This document shows, in pieces, positions 1 through 14,300 of a DNA stretch of 64,000 nucleotides. Made by a program: the position numbers and the translations under genes. How positions within the stretch are numbered: the stretch's first letter is position 1; each line of letters begins with the position of its first letter. Under the pieces are notes generated by a model, which did not search any database, had not been told where the DNA came from, and worked only from the letters and a program-made list of their open reading frames with translations. The stretch comes from Octopus sinensis (lineage: Eukaryota): positions 56,234,001 to 56,298,000 of the forward strand of contig NC_043012.1 in the NCBI RefSeq assembly GCF_006345805.1. Reading direction: 5' to 3'.

Positions 1-470
1 TGCACGCATATGGCATTAATATTCAATGAATACACATGTGCATAAATATAAACATACACACACACACACAAATACATATGTGTCTATATGTTGTTTGTAT
101 GAACATAGATAGTCATAGATAGATGGATGGATAGATAGAGTCATAGAGAGATAGTCGTAGATAGATATAGAGAGATAGTTGTAGATAGATAGAAATAGAG
201 AGATAGTCGTAGATAGATAGATACATGCATACATTCATTCATTGAATGGGTGAGAGGAAAATAAGCTCAGTATAGATAACAGTGTTCAAATGGATGTGAG
301 CTTAAACTCCAACCTTTTTCATCCAAAGCCTCAGCATTGAAAGTGGCCATATAAAGCAATCCTTATCAAGCTGTTTGAGAGATAGTAAGGTAGACAACCA
401 CAGTTAGGCTTGAAAGATATACATACATGAAACGGGTTTTTTTTTCTGTATTTTGTTATCTGTATTTTGT

Positions 471-629
471 GCAGGAGTGGCTGTGTGGTAAGTAGTTTGC
501 TTACTAGCCACATAGTTTTGGGTTCAGTCCCACTGCATGGCACCCTGGGCAAGTGTCTTCTATAGCCTCAGGCTGACCAAAGCCTTGGGAGTGAATTTGG
601 TAGACGGAAACTGAAAGAAGCCCGTCATA

Positions 630-676
<47 letters not shown>

Positions 677-905
677 ATATATATATATGTATGTATGTGT
701 GTGTATATGTTTGTGTATCTGTGTCTCCTAACATCGCTTGACAACCGATGCTGGGTGTTTACATCCCTGTCACTTAGCAGTTCGGCAAAAGAGATCAATA
801 GAATAAGTACTAAGCTTACAAAGAATAAGTCCTGGGGTTTATTTGCTCGGCTAATGGTGGTGCTCCAGCATGGCCACAGTCAAATGACTGAAACAAGTAA
901 AAGAG
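471..905 (+). mobile_element. tRNA-derived SINE family A (octopus-type), full length
   Basis: A/B-box-like head (GTGGCTGTGTGGT..GGTTCAGTCCC), core ccttgggcaagtgtcttct, internal (TA/TG)n, tail cagtcaaatgactgaaacaagtaaaag; more than 12 copies in window. Confidence 0.85.
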
Positions 906-1649
906 TATATACCTCAGGCCTAACTATGTTTAACAACCTTACTACTTCTATATGTATGTGTGTGTGTTTGAGTGTGCATATATATTATTTGTATATCAAT
1001 ATATATAGTCCACTCTAAGATGGTTGGTGTAAAGAAGGGCATCCAGCTGCAAAAACCTGCCCAAGTACACAGTGGAGCCTTGTAAAGTCTCCTGCTGAGC
1101 CAGCCCCTGTCAAACCATCCAACCCATGCTAGCATGGGAAACAGACGTTAATTGATGATGATATTAGATAGGTAGGTAGATTGGCAAATAGGCATATTAG
1201 TGTATATACATTATGTATGTGTGTGTGTGTATATATATAACTGTATGCAGCAGTATAGAAATATTACGTACACATACACAATGGGAGCAAATTTGAGCAA
1301 GTAGTTTAGAAGTCCACTTCTCAGTCATTGAGGCCCCAAGTTCAGTTCCACTGTGTAGCAGTTTTGGTGTGTCTCTGCTGTCATGGCCCCAGGTGGGCCC
1401 TAACTTTGTAAGTTAAATTTTGTGGATGAAAACTATGCAGAAGCCTATCGTGTTGACTGTACCTTTAATTCAAAGGTCCAGCTTCTTTGCCTCACACTGT
1501 GGCATGCTGGCTCAGCCAGAGAATTACATTAAAGGGTACGAATGTCTATGGAATACTCGACCACTTGCTAATGAGTAATACAATGAATAAGCAGTTCAGT
1601 TGATTGAATGACAGGAATAGTCATCATCAAAACTGATAATGGATCCATA

Positions 1650-1765
1650 TACTTTATATATACACACACACACATATATATACACATATATATTCATACA
1701 CGCACACACACATATATATATTCATACACGCACACACACATATATATATTCATACACACACATAC

Positions 1766-1809
<44 letters not shown>

Positions 1810-1812
1810 GTA
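1650..1812. repeat. Compound (TA)/(CA) microsatellite
   Basis: Directly visible; one of dozens of (TA)n/(CA)n tracts. Confidence 0.95.
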
Positions 1813-2309
1813 TGTGTACTTGCTTACATATACATCTGATATTTCCAGGGAAAGTGTAACAGCGAAACATGATAAAGACGATAATATTTCATTGAACTTT
1901 TAGACATGATAATGTAGATATATCTGTACTAAATACCATTTCTCCTAGCATGTTTTCATCTGCATTCTTTTGTTTGTTTGTTTTTTTTTTCATACAATTT
2001 ATCAGGGTTTTTCTTTTTCTAATGAATTTAGCTATTTTCTATATTCTATTCATTTTTGTTCTCGTCAACATTTCGATTCTTTCCTTCCAACCTAATGTTC
2101 TTTCTGTCATGTGTGTGTGTTTGTGTATTATATATATAATTATATATATATGAGAGAAAGAGAAAGAGAGCGTATTGTGTTTGTGTGTACACTTGTATGT
2201 TATATTCATGTCTAGTTGTTTGTATGTGTATACATATTTGTGTGTGTGTGTACAACATCCTTATCTTCAATATAATCAGTTTATCCTTGTTTGTTTTTCT
2301 ATTTTCCAG

Positions 2310-2415
2310 TCTGTGGTGCTAATCTCCAAACTTCCATTCCCAAACCTTTTTTCTCAATTAGTTCGCATTATTGCTCCAGAATATTTTGATAACGGTGAAC
2401 CGAGTGTTGAAGCAG
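2310..2415 (+). CDS. DENND6A: DENND6 exon (first in window): [35 protein letters not shown]
   Basis: ttttccag acceptor, G|gtaagt donor; matches the SLVLISKLP..IAPEYF motif of DENND6; phase 0 to 1. Confidence 0.93.
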
Positions 2416-5290
2416 GTAAGTAATTAATTACTCATCCACTTCCAATAATTACAATCGTTAATTTCATTATTGAAAATAATTAAAGAAACCCCTAAATTTG
2501 ATTTGAAAATTTTTAGCATTTACAGTTTACATCTTTCTTGGGTGGGGGAGTGGATTTCCTTTAACCATTTAGCATTCAGATTTTTCTATCAAATATACTC
2601 TTTTACTCGTTTCAGTCATTTGGGTCTTCAGTGTATCTATCCCACAATACACCTTGAGTTGTATGATTGGACTAATGTTATTGAATATCTAAAGTCAGAG
2701 TTTCTTTGTAGCAAATGCAGTGTCTGGAGTTGAAGTTTCATCATTATTTACCTTTATCATTTTTTTATCTTGCTTTCCATTCTGGCATGGATTGGATGGA
2801 TCGTCTTGATATATGAGTCAGCTCTTATTTGGATTTTCTGGCTTCATAGGCTTGTTCAGGGCCAAATCTCACTCGTGTTTTATTTAGATGTGGTTTCTGT
2901 AGCTGGTTGCCGTGTCTAACATCAAACACTTTACACAGTACTGGATGCATTTATTGTGGTACTAGCACTAGAGACTGTCATGTCCTCAACAAGATTGAAG
3001 AGCTAAAGAATTCAGATGTAATGTTAGAATTTCAGTGGGTGGAGATGGAGTTGTAACTAATGTCATGTCTGTTGTTAAGGTTTTTCTGTCACAGTTGAAG
3101 AACTAAGCTGTAGGAATTAAATCTGATATTTCAATACATAATATGCTTTACTTGAGCCTTAGAACTTATATGGCCAGTTTCCTGGCTTCCATGGCATTTA
3201 CCTGACCAAGGCCATAACAATCCTCCTGAATGGGACACTGGTCCAATGTAGAGTTTACGGCCAACAATTTGGAGTGGAGGGGGCGAGTTGATTACATCAA
3301 CCCCAGTACTTGACTGGTACTTTTTATCGACCCTGGAGGGATGAAAAGCAAAGTTGCCCTCAGTGGTATTTGAGTATTTGAACAGAAAAACATAAAGAAC
3401 TGGAATGTCACAACATTTTCTCTGACATGCTAACAATTCTGCCAGCTCACCCTCTCACACACAAACGATGCACACGCACACTCATGATGATTGATTAATT
3501 TAAACTCTTCCCTGAGTTTTTCTCTCATTTCAAAAATATATCCTCAGATTTAAGAGAACAAGATCAAAATCAGCCTGCCACTCATACCAATTTACCTAAA
3601 AGTTCCTTAGCTATAAAAGAAAAAAAAAAAGAAAAGATAATGAAGCTTACTACTATTTTTTTTCCATAAAAGAAAATTTTCTGATGGATTTTTTTTTTGT
3701 TTTTTAGGATGGGGTGGGGGTGTAGTTGGGGGATATATTTTAAAGCCATTAGGTGCAGGGATTATAGTGGATTAATCTTGTCTGTAGAATTAAAGTCATT
3801 GTGGGAGGAATGATTTCTAACGTGTCAGTGTAGAACCATCAAGAGCGGACTTTAATTAAAAAGAAATCACTTTATAAATTTCTAATCTACTCGTATCAAA
3901 AAGATTACTTCTTGGTGAAATGTCTCTCTTCTGCACTGGAATTTTATTTCTGTCTTTTTAATTTTATTTTGAATTGCATTCAGCAAATTTGTTTCCTAAA
4001 TAGTTTTACTGATAGCTGCTACTTCATTTAGTTTCAATAGATTTTTTAGTTAGTTTCTAGATCAATTTCTATTGTTAGCACAACGATAAAAATTCAGTTA
4101 GAGAAGTGAAAGTCAGTTTTATCAATCCCTTTATTGACCCATTACTCATTTGGTATTATTGGGTTGTCCGGAAAGTTTGTGCCAATTTTTAAAGGAAAGA
4201 AAAAGGTCAATAAATACTTGCCATTACATTTTTAATCCAAATAGGAAACATTTTGTGGCACAATGCATCTCCATCTTTCCTTTAACTTGAAAATACCCTC
4301 TTCCCAGAATTGAGGTGCTTTCATGGCAAAGAATTCATCAAGGTATCTTTTTACATCATCCAAGGAATTGAAATTTTTACCATTAAGACTATTCTGCAGA
4401 GACCTGAATAAGTGGAAATCCTATTTTATGGACTCAACCATGTTCTAAAATAAGTCGAAAGGTAAGCTACTATAAATCGGCATGAACTTTCCGGACAACC
4501 CAATATTTTATCACATTCCACCTGCAAAGGCGAAAAGTGACGTTGACCATAGCAAGGTTTGAACTCATAACATAGGGCAGGAATGTTGCAAAATACCATA
4601 AATTATATAATGAAACTGTTTCTGCCACTCCACTATCTTGAGTTAATTTTCTAAATATTGCAAAGCATTTTGTCTGTAACCATTCTGCCAACACCCTTAA
4701 GTTAGTAGTTTTTATATTGAAACTATTGAAGGTGAACACTAGCGCTGTTTTGTTGTGGCCCTTGTGATTAAATAGCTTCCCAACCACGTGGTTTTGAGTT
4801 CAGGCGAGTATATTCTATTTTAGCCCCAGGCTGAAAGGATCCTCTGTGTGTGTGGTGTGTATGTTTATATATATATATATATATGTGGAGAGAGAGAGAG
4901 AGAGAGAGCTTGCTTTCCAACCACATGGTTCTAGGTTCAGTCCCGTTGTATGACACCTTGGGCAGGGTGCCATACAATGGAACCGACCAAAGCCTTGTGA
5001 GTGAATTTGGTAGAAAGAAACTGAAAGAAGCCTGTCATTTATTTATATAGATATATATATATACGTGTGTATGTCTTTGTGTCTGTTTGTACCTCCCTCC
5101 CACCATTGCTTGACAACTGATATTGGTGTCTTTATATCCCCATAACTTAGTAATTCAGCCAAAGAGACTGATGGAATAAATTCTAAGCTTACAAAGAATA
5201 AGTACTGGGGTCAATTTCTTCGACTAAAACCCTTTGAGGTGGTGCTCCAGCATGTCCACAGTCAAATGACTGAAACATGTAAAAGAATAT

Positions 5291-5329
<39 letters not shown>

Positions 5330-8300
5330 CATTTAACATACATTTTCCATGCTGGTACAGGTTAAACAGTTTGATAAGAGCTGGTAAGCCAGGGAGCTGC
5401 ATCAGGCACCTGATGTCCATTTTAGTTTGGTTTCTATGGCTGGATGCCCTTCCTAATGCCAACCACTCTACAGAGTGTACAGGGTGTCATTTATGTGTCA
5501 CCAGCACAGGTGCCCTTTTACATACATGTATAATCACCATTTAACATCCACTTTCTCCATGCTTTCATGGGTCATACAGAATTTCTTGAGGCAGGTTTTC
5601 TATGGCTAGCTGCCCTTCGTGTCACTATTTATAGATGTGTGTTTGTGTCTCCTTGTCTTGACATTGCATGATAGTTTCAATGAGTATTACCATCATCACA
5701 AGTGATGTCCTTCAGTTCTAGTCTTCCATGGAAACGTGTCTGGACATAGAGAAATATTAACCTTACATGGAAACAGGTGAGGGCTTAGCAACAGACAGAA
5801 AGGGCATCCAGCCCTAGAAAATTTTCCTCAATAAATTCCACCCAACCCATGCAAGCATGGACAAGTTGATATTAGAATAATGATGATGGTGATGATATTT
5901 AGAGAGGTCACCACAAAAATGTAGTTCATTGGGTGGGTGTATTGTCGATCTGCTGCATGACTTTCTTTCTAGATGCCGTCAAGGATGTCTTATATGTGTA
6001 GCAACAGTGCCAGCATTGTTTTAAACAATCTCGTAATCAATAGTTATATTCAATATATAGATTTGTATTCTTCATTCATTCCTAGTTTATTAAAAAAAAT
6101 TAATTAAATTATAATCATAAATGGTTACATCATATCGCTTTGTGTTGTAAGACATGACTAAAATGTGTAAGCAATAAGAGGGTATCTAGCTGTGAAATGT
6201 GAAACACTACATCAAAAAGGAACTGGTATTTGTACAACTACGCAGTCATAGGGTCTATAAGATTAAACCTCACCAAATTTGACAGGAAAAAATGGCTTTT
6301 AAAATGTTTGCAGTTGTTCCATAAAAGGTTACTTTTTTCTTTTTCTTTTTCTTACTTCTGACATTTTTGAAATATAGTATGCAATGAAATTCTTTTATCT
6401 TCATTTTAGCTTGTCATGATATAGATCAATGGCCTTCGCCGACACCTGGTGAAACATTAAACTTACCAATATTTGGAACTATCTTACAGGTAAGGATATT
6501 CTTCAGATATTGCACATACATGCCAAATATCCCTTGAGACCTTCTGAAATATACAAATGTACATCGTTCTTTTATGATAATTCTGCTCTGACATTTAAAT
6601 TACAAAACCTTCCCTAAAATGTATTGCAGGTAAGAATAATTGGAATACCTGTGTCTTTTTGATGTGCCAACAGATTTTCTTTTTAACAGTTACTTGTAGA
6701 ATTATCCTCATCACCATCATCATACATCACCTATCCAACCCACGTTTGCATGGGTTGGATGAGTCTTCTCCAGTATTGCATCTTTCATCTGTTACTTATT
6801 TCAGTCATTAGACTGCATCCATGCTAGGGTACTGTCTTGAAGAACTTTGGACAAACAAATCAACCCCAATACCATTTTTATATTTTCTGAAAGCCTGGTA
6901 CTTATTCTATTGGTCTCTCTTAGTGAACCACTAAGTTACAGGGACGTAAACACTCCTACACCAGTTCTCAAGTGGTGGTGGTGGTGGTGGTGGTGGTGGG
7001 GACAAACACAGACACAAAAACACACGCATATATACGATGGGCTTCTTTCAGTTTCAGTCTGCTAAATCCATTCACAAGATTTTGTTTGGCCTGAGGCTGT
7101 AGTAGAAGACAACTTACCCAAGGTGTCACACAGTAGGACTGAACCTTGAACCATGCATTTGGGAAGCAAGCTTCTTGGTCTTTTGATCTCTCTTTTGTGA
7201 GATTCAATCTCCTGAGATCAGTTTTCACCAGTTCTTTTCACATTTCCTCAGTCTTCCTTTTTCACGGAGTCCTTCCACTTAGATCTCTTGATACTTCTTT
7301 ACCTACCTGTTATACCCTCTATACATGTCTCTATGTATGTTACATCTTCATTCCAGCTCTAATTCCTCTTAAACCCAGTTTTCCCCTCAGCTCATTTTGT
7401 GCTCTGTCGTTCCTGTACACACCTAGCAGAGTATGCTCACCTCATTTTTTTTCCCACTTTCACACATTTTCTACATTCGCTACCCCTGTTTCCCCTTCAG
7501 TCAATATCACACTTCACACAAATATCATACAATCTGCAATTCACTGAGTGAGAGAATCCTTTTTCAGAGTTAATAGCTCTTTGAACTTTTTCCACCCTGT
7601 TCTTAGTCTGACTTGCACTAATTTAAAGGAGAGAGGTACCCCTCTGGGCTTGAAGCAACAAGGTAACTTCTACATAGTTGCTCTACATATTAGAAATAAC
7701 AGTTAGAGAACTCTTACATATCACACTCAGCCATATTTTTAAAACGAGTACACAGTGAAAAATGTATTCTCAGGTACATTGTTTCTGAGAAGAAAAGGGA
7801 ACAGTCACTTCTCAAATGCCTTTGACAATGTGGCTTGCCTCATGACGTCTGATCATGAAATAAACAATGACTACTCTGCAGAGATAAAAAGTGAAGTCAA
7901 CAATGGCAGGATTTGAACTCACAACATAGTTAGTCCAAATTACTCTGCAAGGAGCATAGGGCCAGTTTCCCATTTTGTCTAACATATATATTCTTCCCTG
8001 ACTGGGACGCCGGTCCGTTGCAGGATTATTCACCTTTGCCAGCTGAGTGTACTAGTGCAATGTGAAACGGTTTTATTCAATAACACAATGTATTGCCCAG
8101 TCAGGGAATCGAAACCACAATCTTACAATCATGAGTCCAGCACCCTAACCACTTAGCCATGCACTTCCTCACAGCTATGCTCTTCCACAACATAGAGAGG
8201 TCTAACTAAATACTGGTTGCTGTTTAGTCTGGTACGTCTGAATGAGAATACTAGTGACAAGTGTTATTAAAATTTGTAACTGTTATTGGAAAATCCTGAA

Positions 8301-11300
8301 CATCCCCATTTGACTGAAGATGGATTAACCTATTACAGTAAATAAGAACTGAACAACAGTATTAGTTCAGCCATGGAGTGGTTGGCATTAGGAAGGGCAT
8401 CCAGCTGTAGAAACACTGCCAGATCTGACTGGCCTGGTGCAGCCTTCGGGCTCCCCAGACCCCAGTTGAACCGTCCAACCCATGCTAGCATGGAAAGCGG
8501 ACGTTAAATGATGATGATGATGTTGGTTTACCGTGTTACTTCGATGCATGTTGGCTTAACAGTGAATACCTACGTTTGAGTAGTATAGTGTGCATTCTGT
8601 GTTAACATATATTTCTGTAACAGGTAATCTTTAGGTAACCACAACCAACTATTTATTTGCATAATACCATCTTACACCAGACGTGTATACTGCACATCAT
8701 ATCAGTAACATAAGCTCTGTTGCGCCAGAGCAAATATTTTGGATGAAGGATATGTTTGATTTAACCAGTAAATGACTAGTAATAGGATGAAAATAATATT
8801 TTGACCCTGGTTGGGGTTGGAACTCAGAATGTTAATGTGATCACGCTAGCACAGAAAACGGACGTTAAACGATGATGATGATGATGATGATGTACCTGTT
8901 TAATGCTCCACCAGATCTACCGACTAAATGCTCTGCTATGACAAGTACTAATAGTGCCGGCTAATTCACTACTTGACCCAGTTTCAATCCCTGGTGCAAA
9001 CCACTTCACCTATTTCATTAGTGATGATATTGCTGGTAACAGTAATAGCTTCTCGCAGAAGCCTTTCTGTTGCCTGTGAGTCTGGTAAACTTTGTTACTT
9101 AATGTGGTTATCGGTGTGTATACCTATATGTATATAGTTTAGGGTTTGAATCTTCAGCAAGCTGAAACCAATCACCAATGCTTTGTATGTACCTATAGCC
9201 TAATTAAAACAAAAATCTCAGATGGGCCTGCCCTGCCCTGCCTGCCCTGCCCTGCCTGCCCTGTCCACTTAACTGTCAATAGGTATCACATGGTAACATC
9301 AATTTACTGTTATTGGATTGCAATACTGAGTTCAGCTTGTCCTGTGGTTATAATTTGAAGAGACTCATTGAGTGAGACTGCTGGGAGTCTCTACATGGTC
9401 ACTCAAAATAGCAGCCAAATTTCCTTCAAATCTTCCTGTACTATCTTAAATATGAAAACGGCACATTAGATGATGTAGTCCTAGGTACTCCTAAAAAGAC
9501 AGGGTGGTCATGGCTGGAATGCTTTTGGTCATAGGTCTGCTGAATCTGGGTAGACACAGGGTTAAAGATCTACAACTGCAACATTAGAACAGATGAGTCA
9601 TTGAAAGAGTTGAGATTGTGAGGTGTCTAGAAAAAAATGGGTTTGGACATGTATAATGATTGGTTTTGTGTGTGTGTGCATAGACTATTTTATCAACCAC
9701 AGACTGGAACACTTTCAGTTCTTCAGGTCTTTGTTGCTCTCTGCTCTAGTTGTTTCTTTTTAGCCTCTTCCTCATCAGTGATAGCATCCGATTCTGTGAT
9801 ACAAAACTGTCCGTTTTCAGATTTACTGCTAAAACCTCCATCATAAATTTCTTGAAGAACCATTTTTAACACTAACTTTATAATGGGGAAGTTATTTATG
9901 CTAAATCCTCCCAAATGTTCAGTTATCTTAAACAGCAATTAAAATACATAAATCTGTAGCAAAAGAGTTAATCCATTGTAAATAAAAGTGAGTCTCCTGT
10001 TTAATGAAATGGTTTTAATCCTCACCTTTGTAATATCTATTGGTTAATATTTTGTTGTTCTTGTTCAATCCAAGTTGATCTCTGAATTAGTAGCTCTTGG
10101 ATAACAGACACTCCAACCTTAGCCATCCCATTTTATTTTCAGGCACTACATCTAGGGACTACATAAGCCAACATATACTTACCTTATTTTTAATACAATA
10201 ATTCATAATTTGAGAGAAATTTGGCTGCTAGTTTTAGCTGATTAAAACCATTATGCATTTCTCTGTTTCATACTTAACCCTTTTCTTACCATATTTCTGT
10301 CAACATATGCTGCTTTTGTTTCAATTAATTTTTATAATACTAAAAAATTTAGTAAAATAATCTTCTCATTATTAAGCTGAGGTCCAGAACAAATTAGTAT
10401 AAAATTTTCATGGAAGATTATAATTTAGACCACTTTAAAATAGTAAAATTTGTCATAGAACCTCTCAAGAGGGTTGGTATCCAAAAGAGTTAAGCCCTTC
10501 TTTTCCTATGGAGCATAAGCCACCAGCAATTTGTTTCCACAGTTCTTGACTCTGGACCCTAAGGGAAGGCCTTCCTCTACTTGGTTTTGAATTGTCATCA
10601 ATGCTTCAGTAACTACACTTTTTTTTTTTTATCTAGGTAGGAATAGTTGGCCCTAAACAAACCTATTTTTTACCTTAGGAAGAGGCAGTCTCTATTAGCC
10701 TGGCCTCTATACTTTGATCTGTCCAGTATAGCAGGCCTTACCCAGAGAGCTTGCACTGTGCTGGCATAGCTCTCGAGGAGTTTTGAGGTACACTAACCAC
10801 TACAACACAAGGACTGGTCCTTGTGATCGAGAGTCTCTGTGGCATCAATAATTCTTTGTGTTGGCAGACATATCACAGGTTATTACAACATTACCATTTT
10901 TCTTTTATCACTGTTTATGGAATGTGTGTCATTTTCCCATCTCTCCCAAATTTTGTACTACCAGCAGGTTTTCCAGTATACTTGACTGCCAACCTAACCA
11001 GAACAGAAGCTTAGTTTTAGCCAATATTTCTAAACAAGAACACTTTAGTGTTCAACAATGGTTCTCAATCATTTATTGCCTATGGAACCCTTTGATTCCT
11101 ATTTTATTCTACTGGGCCCTCAGACCTGTTCAAATTTTTTAATCCTATTATATTTTTATAATTAAATATCATTAGGAATTGTATGAAAATAATTGTTAAA
11201 ATATTTTGTTTATTCTGGACATATAACCAACTTATTGCACATAAATTTTAACAGCAAATCTTATATGGATCCCCAAGGGTCATGTGGACTCTAGTTGACA

Positions 11301-14300
11301 GCCACTGGTGTAACAATAAGCCTTAATATGCCTTTCTGGAATGGGCATCACATCATCCAGGAATGTTATCTACAATAAATCGATTGGGTTGTTATCTTCT
11401 CCAGAGGGATACGAATAAGTCTAGTACTAACTTACTGAAACAATGAAGATTATATACTTTGCTTGACCTGGTAAAAAAAATAGCAATTGAATCTTCAACT
11501 CATACATTTTACTGTCTTAAAAACAGGATTATTATAGCTGGAGAATCTATTATTATAGATCTGCTCACCTAGCATATCTGATGGTAATGGAAACGACAGA
11601 TTTTCTTTTTGTGTCTCATTCACCACCTCACTGTGGGACTTAACCCTTTCGCCTTCAAATTATTCTGTCAAATGTAATATTTATTTATTTATTCACAATA
11701 GTAGCATTAGAAGGGGCAGAATGGAGAAACAGCTGTTCTGAGAATTAATTTTTGGAGTGTATCAGTCACCATATCTCTTTTTTTTTCTTTCTTTCTTTTT
11801 TCCAGACATTAACCGTGTCCCTCTATTTTTAAGAAGGCGGTATGTGTTTTGAGAGTGATTAAGTTGCTATTTCTTGCAAATCAAGTAACTGACTAGAGGC
11901 TCCCTCATTACCTTTGAATATTTATTTGTTATGGTTGAGCCCCAGGTCAACCCTGATTCAGAAGAGACCTGCCAGTAGTCATTGTACTACCTTTCCTTTA
12001 GTTTATATAGTTTATCTTTAACTCTTCCAATGAACTCCCTCATTTGTATATACTTTAGGTATTTCCATCAGCTCACTTCTGCTGAAATTATATATTTATT
12101 CTTTATACTGAGCTATCCAACCTTTCTTTTATCTACTTCGGTGTAGCTTTAAATTAAAACTGAGAATAGACAGAGCACCGCATAAAAAGCACCTGTGCTG
12201 GTGCCATGTAATGAGCACCCATACGTGTACCATGTAAAAAGCACCTGTGCCATTATTACAATGAAAGTACTCAGTACATACTGTAAAGTGTTTGGCATTA
12301 GGAAGGGCATCCAGCCATAGAAACCATGGCAATTGGAGCCTGGTGCAGCTCTCTGGCTTGCCAGTTCTGATCAAACTGCCCAGCCCGTGTCAGTATGGAA
12401 AATGAATTTTAAATGATGGTGGTGATGATAATGATGATGACAGTGACAGCAGCAGTTTTTAAAAACTGATTATTGATATTAATTGCCTTTCATTTTAGTT
12501 CTCCTTGTTTAACCCCAGGTTAGCCCTGACTGAACAGCTTAACACTATAAAACCAGAACTAAACACAAACCCTTAAATGCCTTTTTGTGGCTGAGGAGTT
12601 ATTTACATTCCATTTTTCATAACAGCATGATGATGGGGTATGGTTTGAGAGGGAGATTTAGTTACTATTTCTTGCAAATCAAGCAACTGACTAGTGGCTC
12701 CTTCATTACCTATGAATATTTGTTGTTGATGTGCCTCTGGTGAACCCTGATTCTGAAGATACATGCCAGCTGTGATTGTACTAACCCATCTTCTAGACGT
12801 AATATATCATCTTTAACAGTATTACATCTTCCAATTAGTCTCCCTCATTTATATTTACGTTAAGCATTTTCATCCGCCCACTTAGTTAATATTATAGTTT
12901 TCTGTAAACAGAAATATCTCAGCCATTCTCTGACCACCATACAGTTTAGCCTTCCTCTATCTGCTTCTGTATGATGATGCATTCGTGAAAAAAAAGTAAA
13001 CAAAACACACTCATTATTTTTCTTATTCTCCTCTCTAGTGTTATCAGTTTTCCTAAATTCCTGATAATTACATTAGCGTTGGCCTACTATTCCATTTCTG
13101 GCATTTAGTTGTATGGAACACTTATTCATCTGATCTGTCTGCAATATTTCTGTATTTTTAGGGCGGTGACTAGGCCAAAAATGTTGGCTATAGCATCAGT
13201 TTAAATGTCTCATAGTATTTCATTTTGACCCACCAGGGTACATAAAATAAGTGCTAGCTATACTTTTCAAATCATTTCAGAAGACTATGGGGTTCTTTTC
13301 TAAAATAAAGTCTTCGTTTTTTATACATAGAAAAACATTATTTTCACACTTTTGTAACCATATTACAACTGAAAGTATTTAATAAATTAAATTAGTTTTC
13401 TCATTGTTAAACTGGCTTTTAAAACATAATGTAACTATGTTTTCACATAAAACTATGATGGAAGATTTAAATTTAAAATGGAACGATTTTATCATAGAAC
13501 CAGGAACTGCTTCAGGCATGTTAGTATAAAGAATGTTAAACAATAATTTAATCCTTTAATCTCATCAACTTACTTATCTAACAAGTGATGGAGGGCAAGA
13601 GCTTGAGTCTAAGAAAACAAGTCTTGTTTTTTCAAATTTTTAGTTTTGTTGTTACAATTTTTGAAAAAAAAAAAAATTCTTTACCTTTCTGTCTCTGAAC
13701 CCTTGGTTTTATTTATGCTACACTATCATTATTATGATAGAGCAGCTGTCTGCTGTAAAGAAATTTTTGTTTTTTTTTAGTTGTTGTCTCAATTTTATAT
13801 TGTATTGTACATCATGTGACTGTCAACTTTCATCTCTTGTAGGTTATTCTGTCTCTTTGTTATTGAGTACTACAGCTTCTTTGGTCTTTTGGCTTCATCA
13901 TCATCATCACTGTAACCAGTTCTACATTATTCAGTCCCTTGGAAATAATCTTGAGTATAGCCAAAAGAAGTCATCCTCTCCTCCTCCCCATCTTTTTTCT
14001 TGCAGGCAATTCACACACACACACATACATGTATGCGATAGTATTGTTTCTCTTTTTAATCAAATACAAATTATTTCCTCAGATTGAAATACCTACAATT
14101 CCTGTATTTGACATAGCAAATATTAACCCATCTCCTCTCATATATTTTTAGCTGAGAGTACCATGTCGGTCGGATAAACTTGTAGGAATCATTAACCAGC
14201 CAAGAGTACCTCTAATGGTATGAATCTATCCATCATTATTTCATTCATGAATATCTTTCAAATTTGCTGTCTGTTTTGATGCGCATGAACTTTCTCCTTT

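Noticed and set aside
6600-6640. AG|GTAAGA as a recursive splice site or extra exon
   Set aside because: Weak pyrimidine tract, no homologous peptide, and the DENND6 frame is complete without it.
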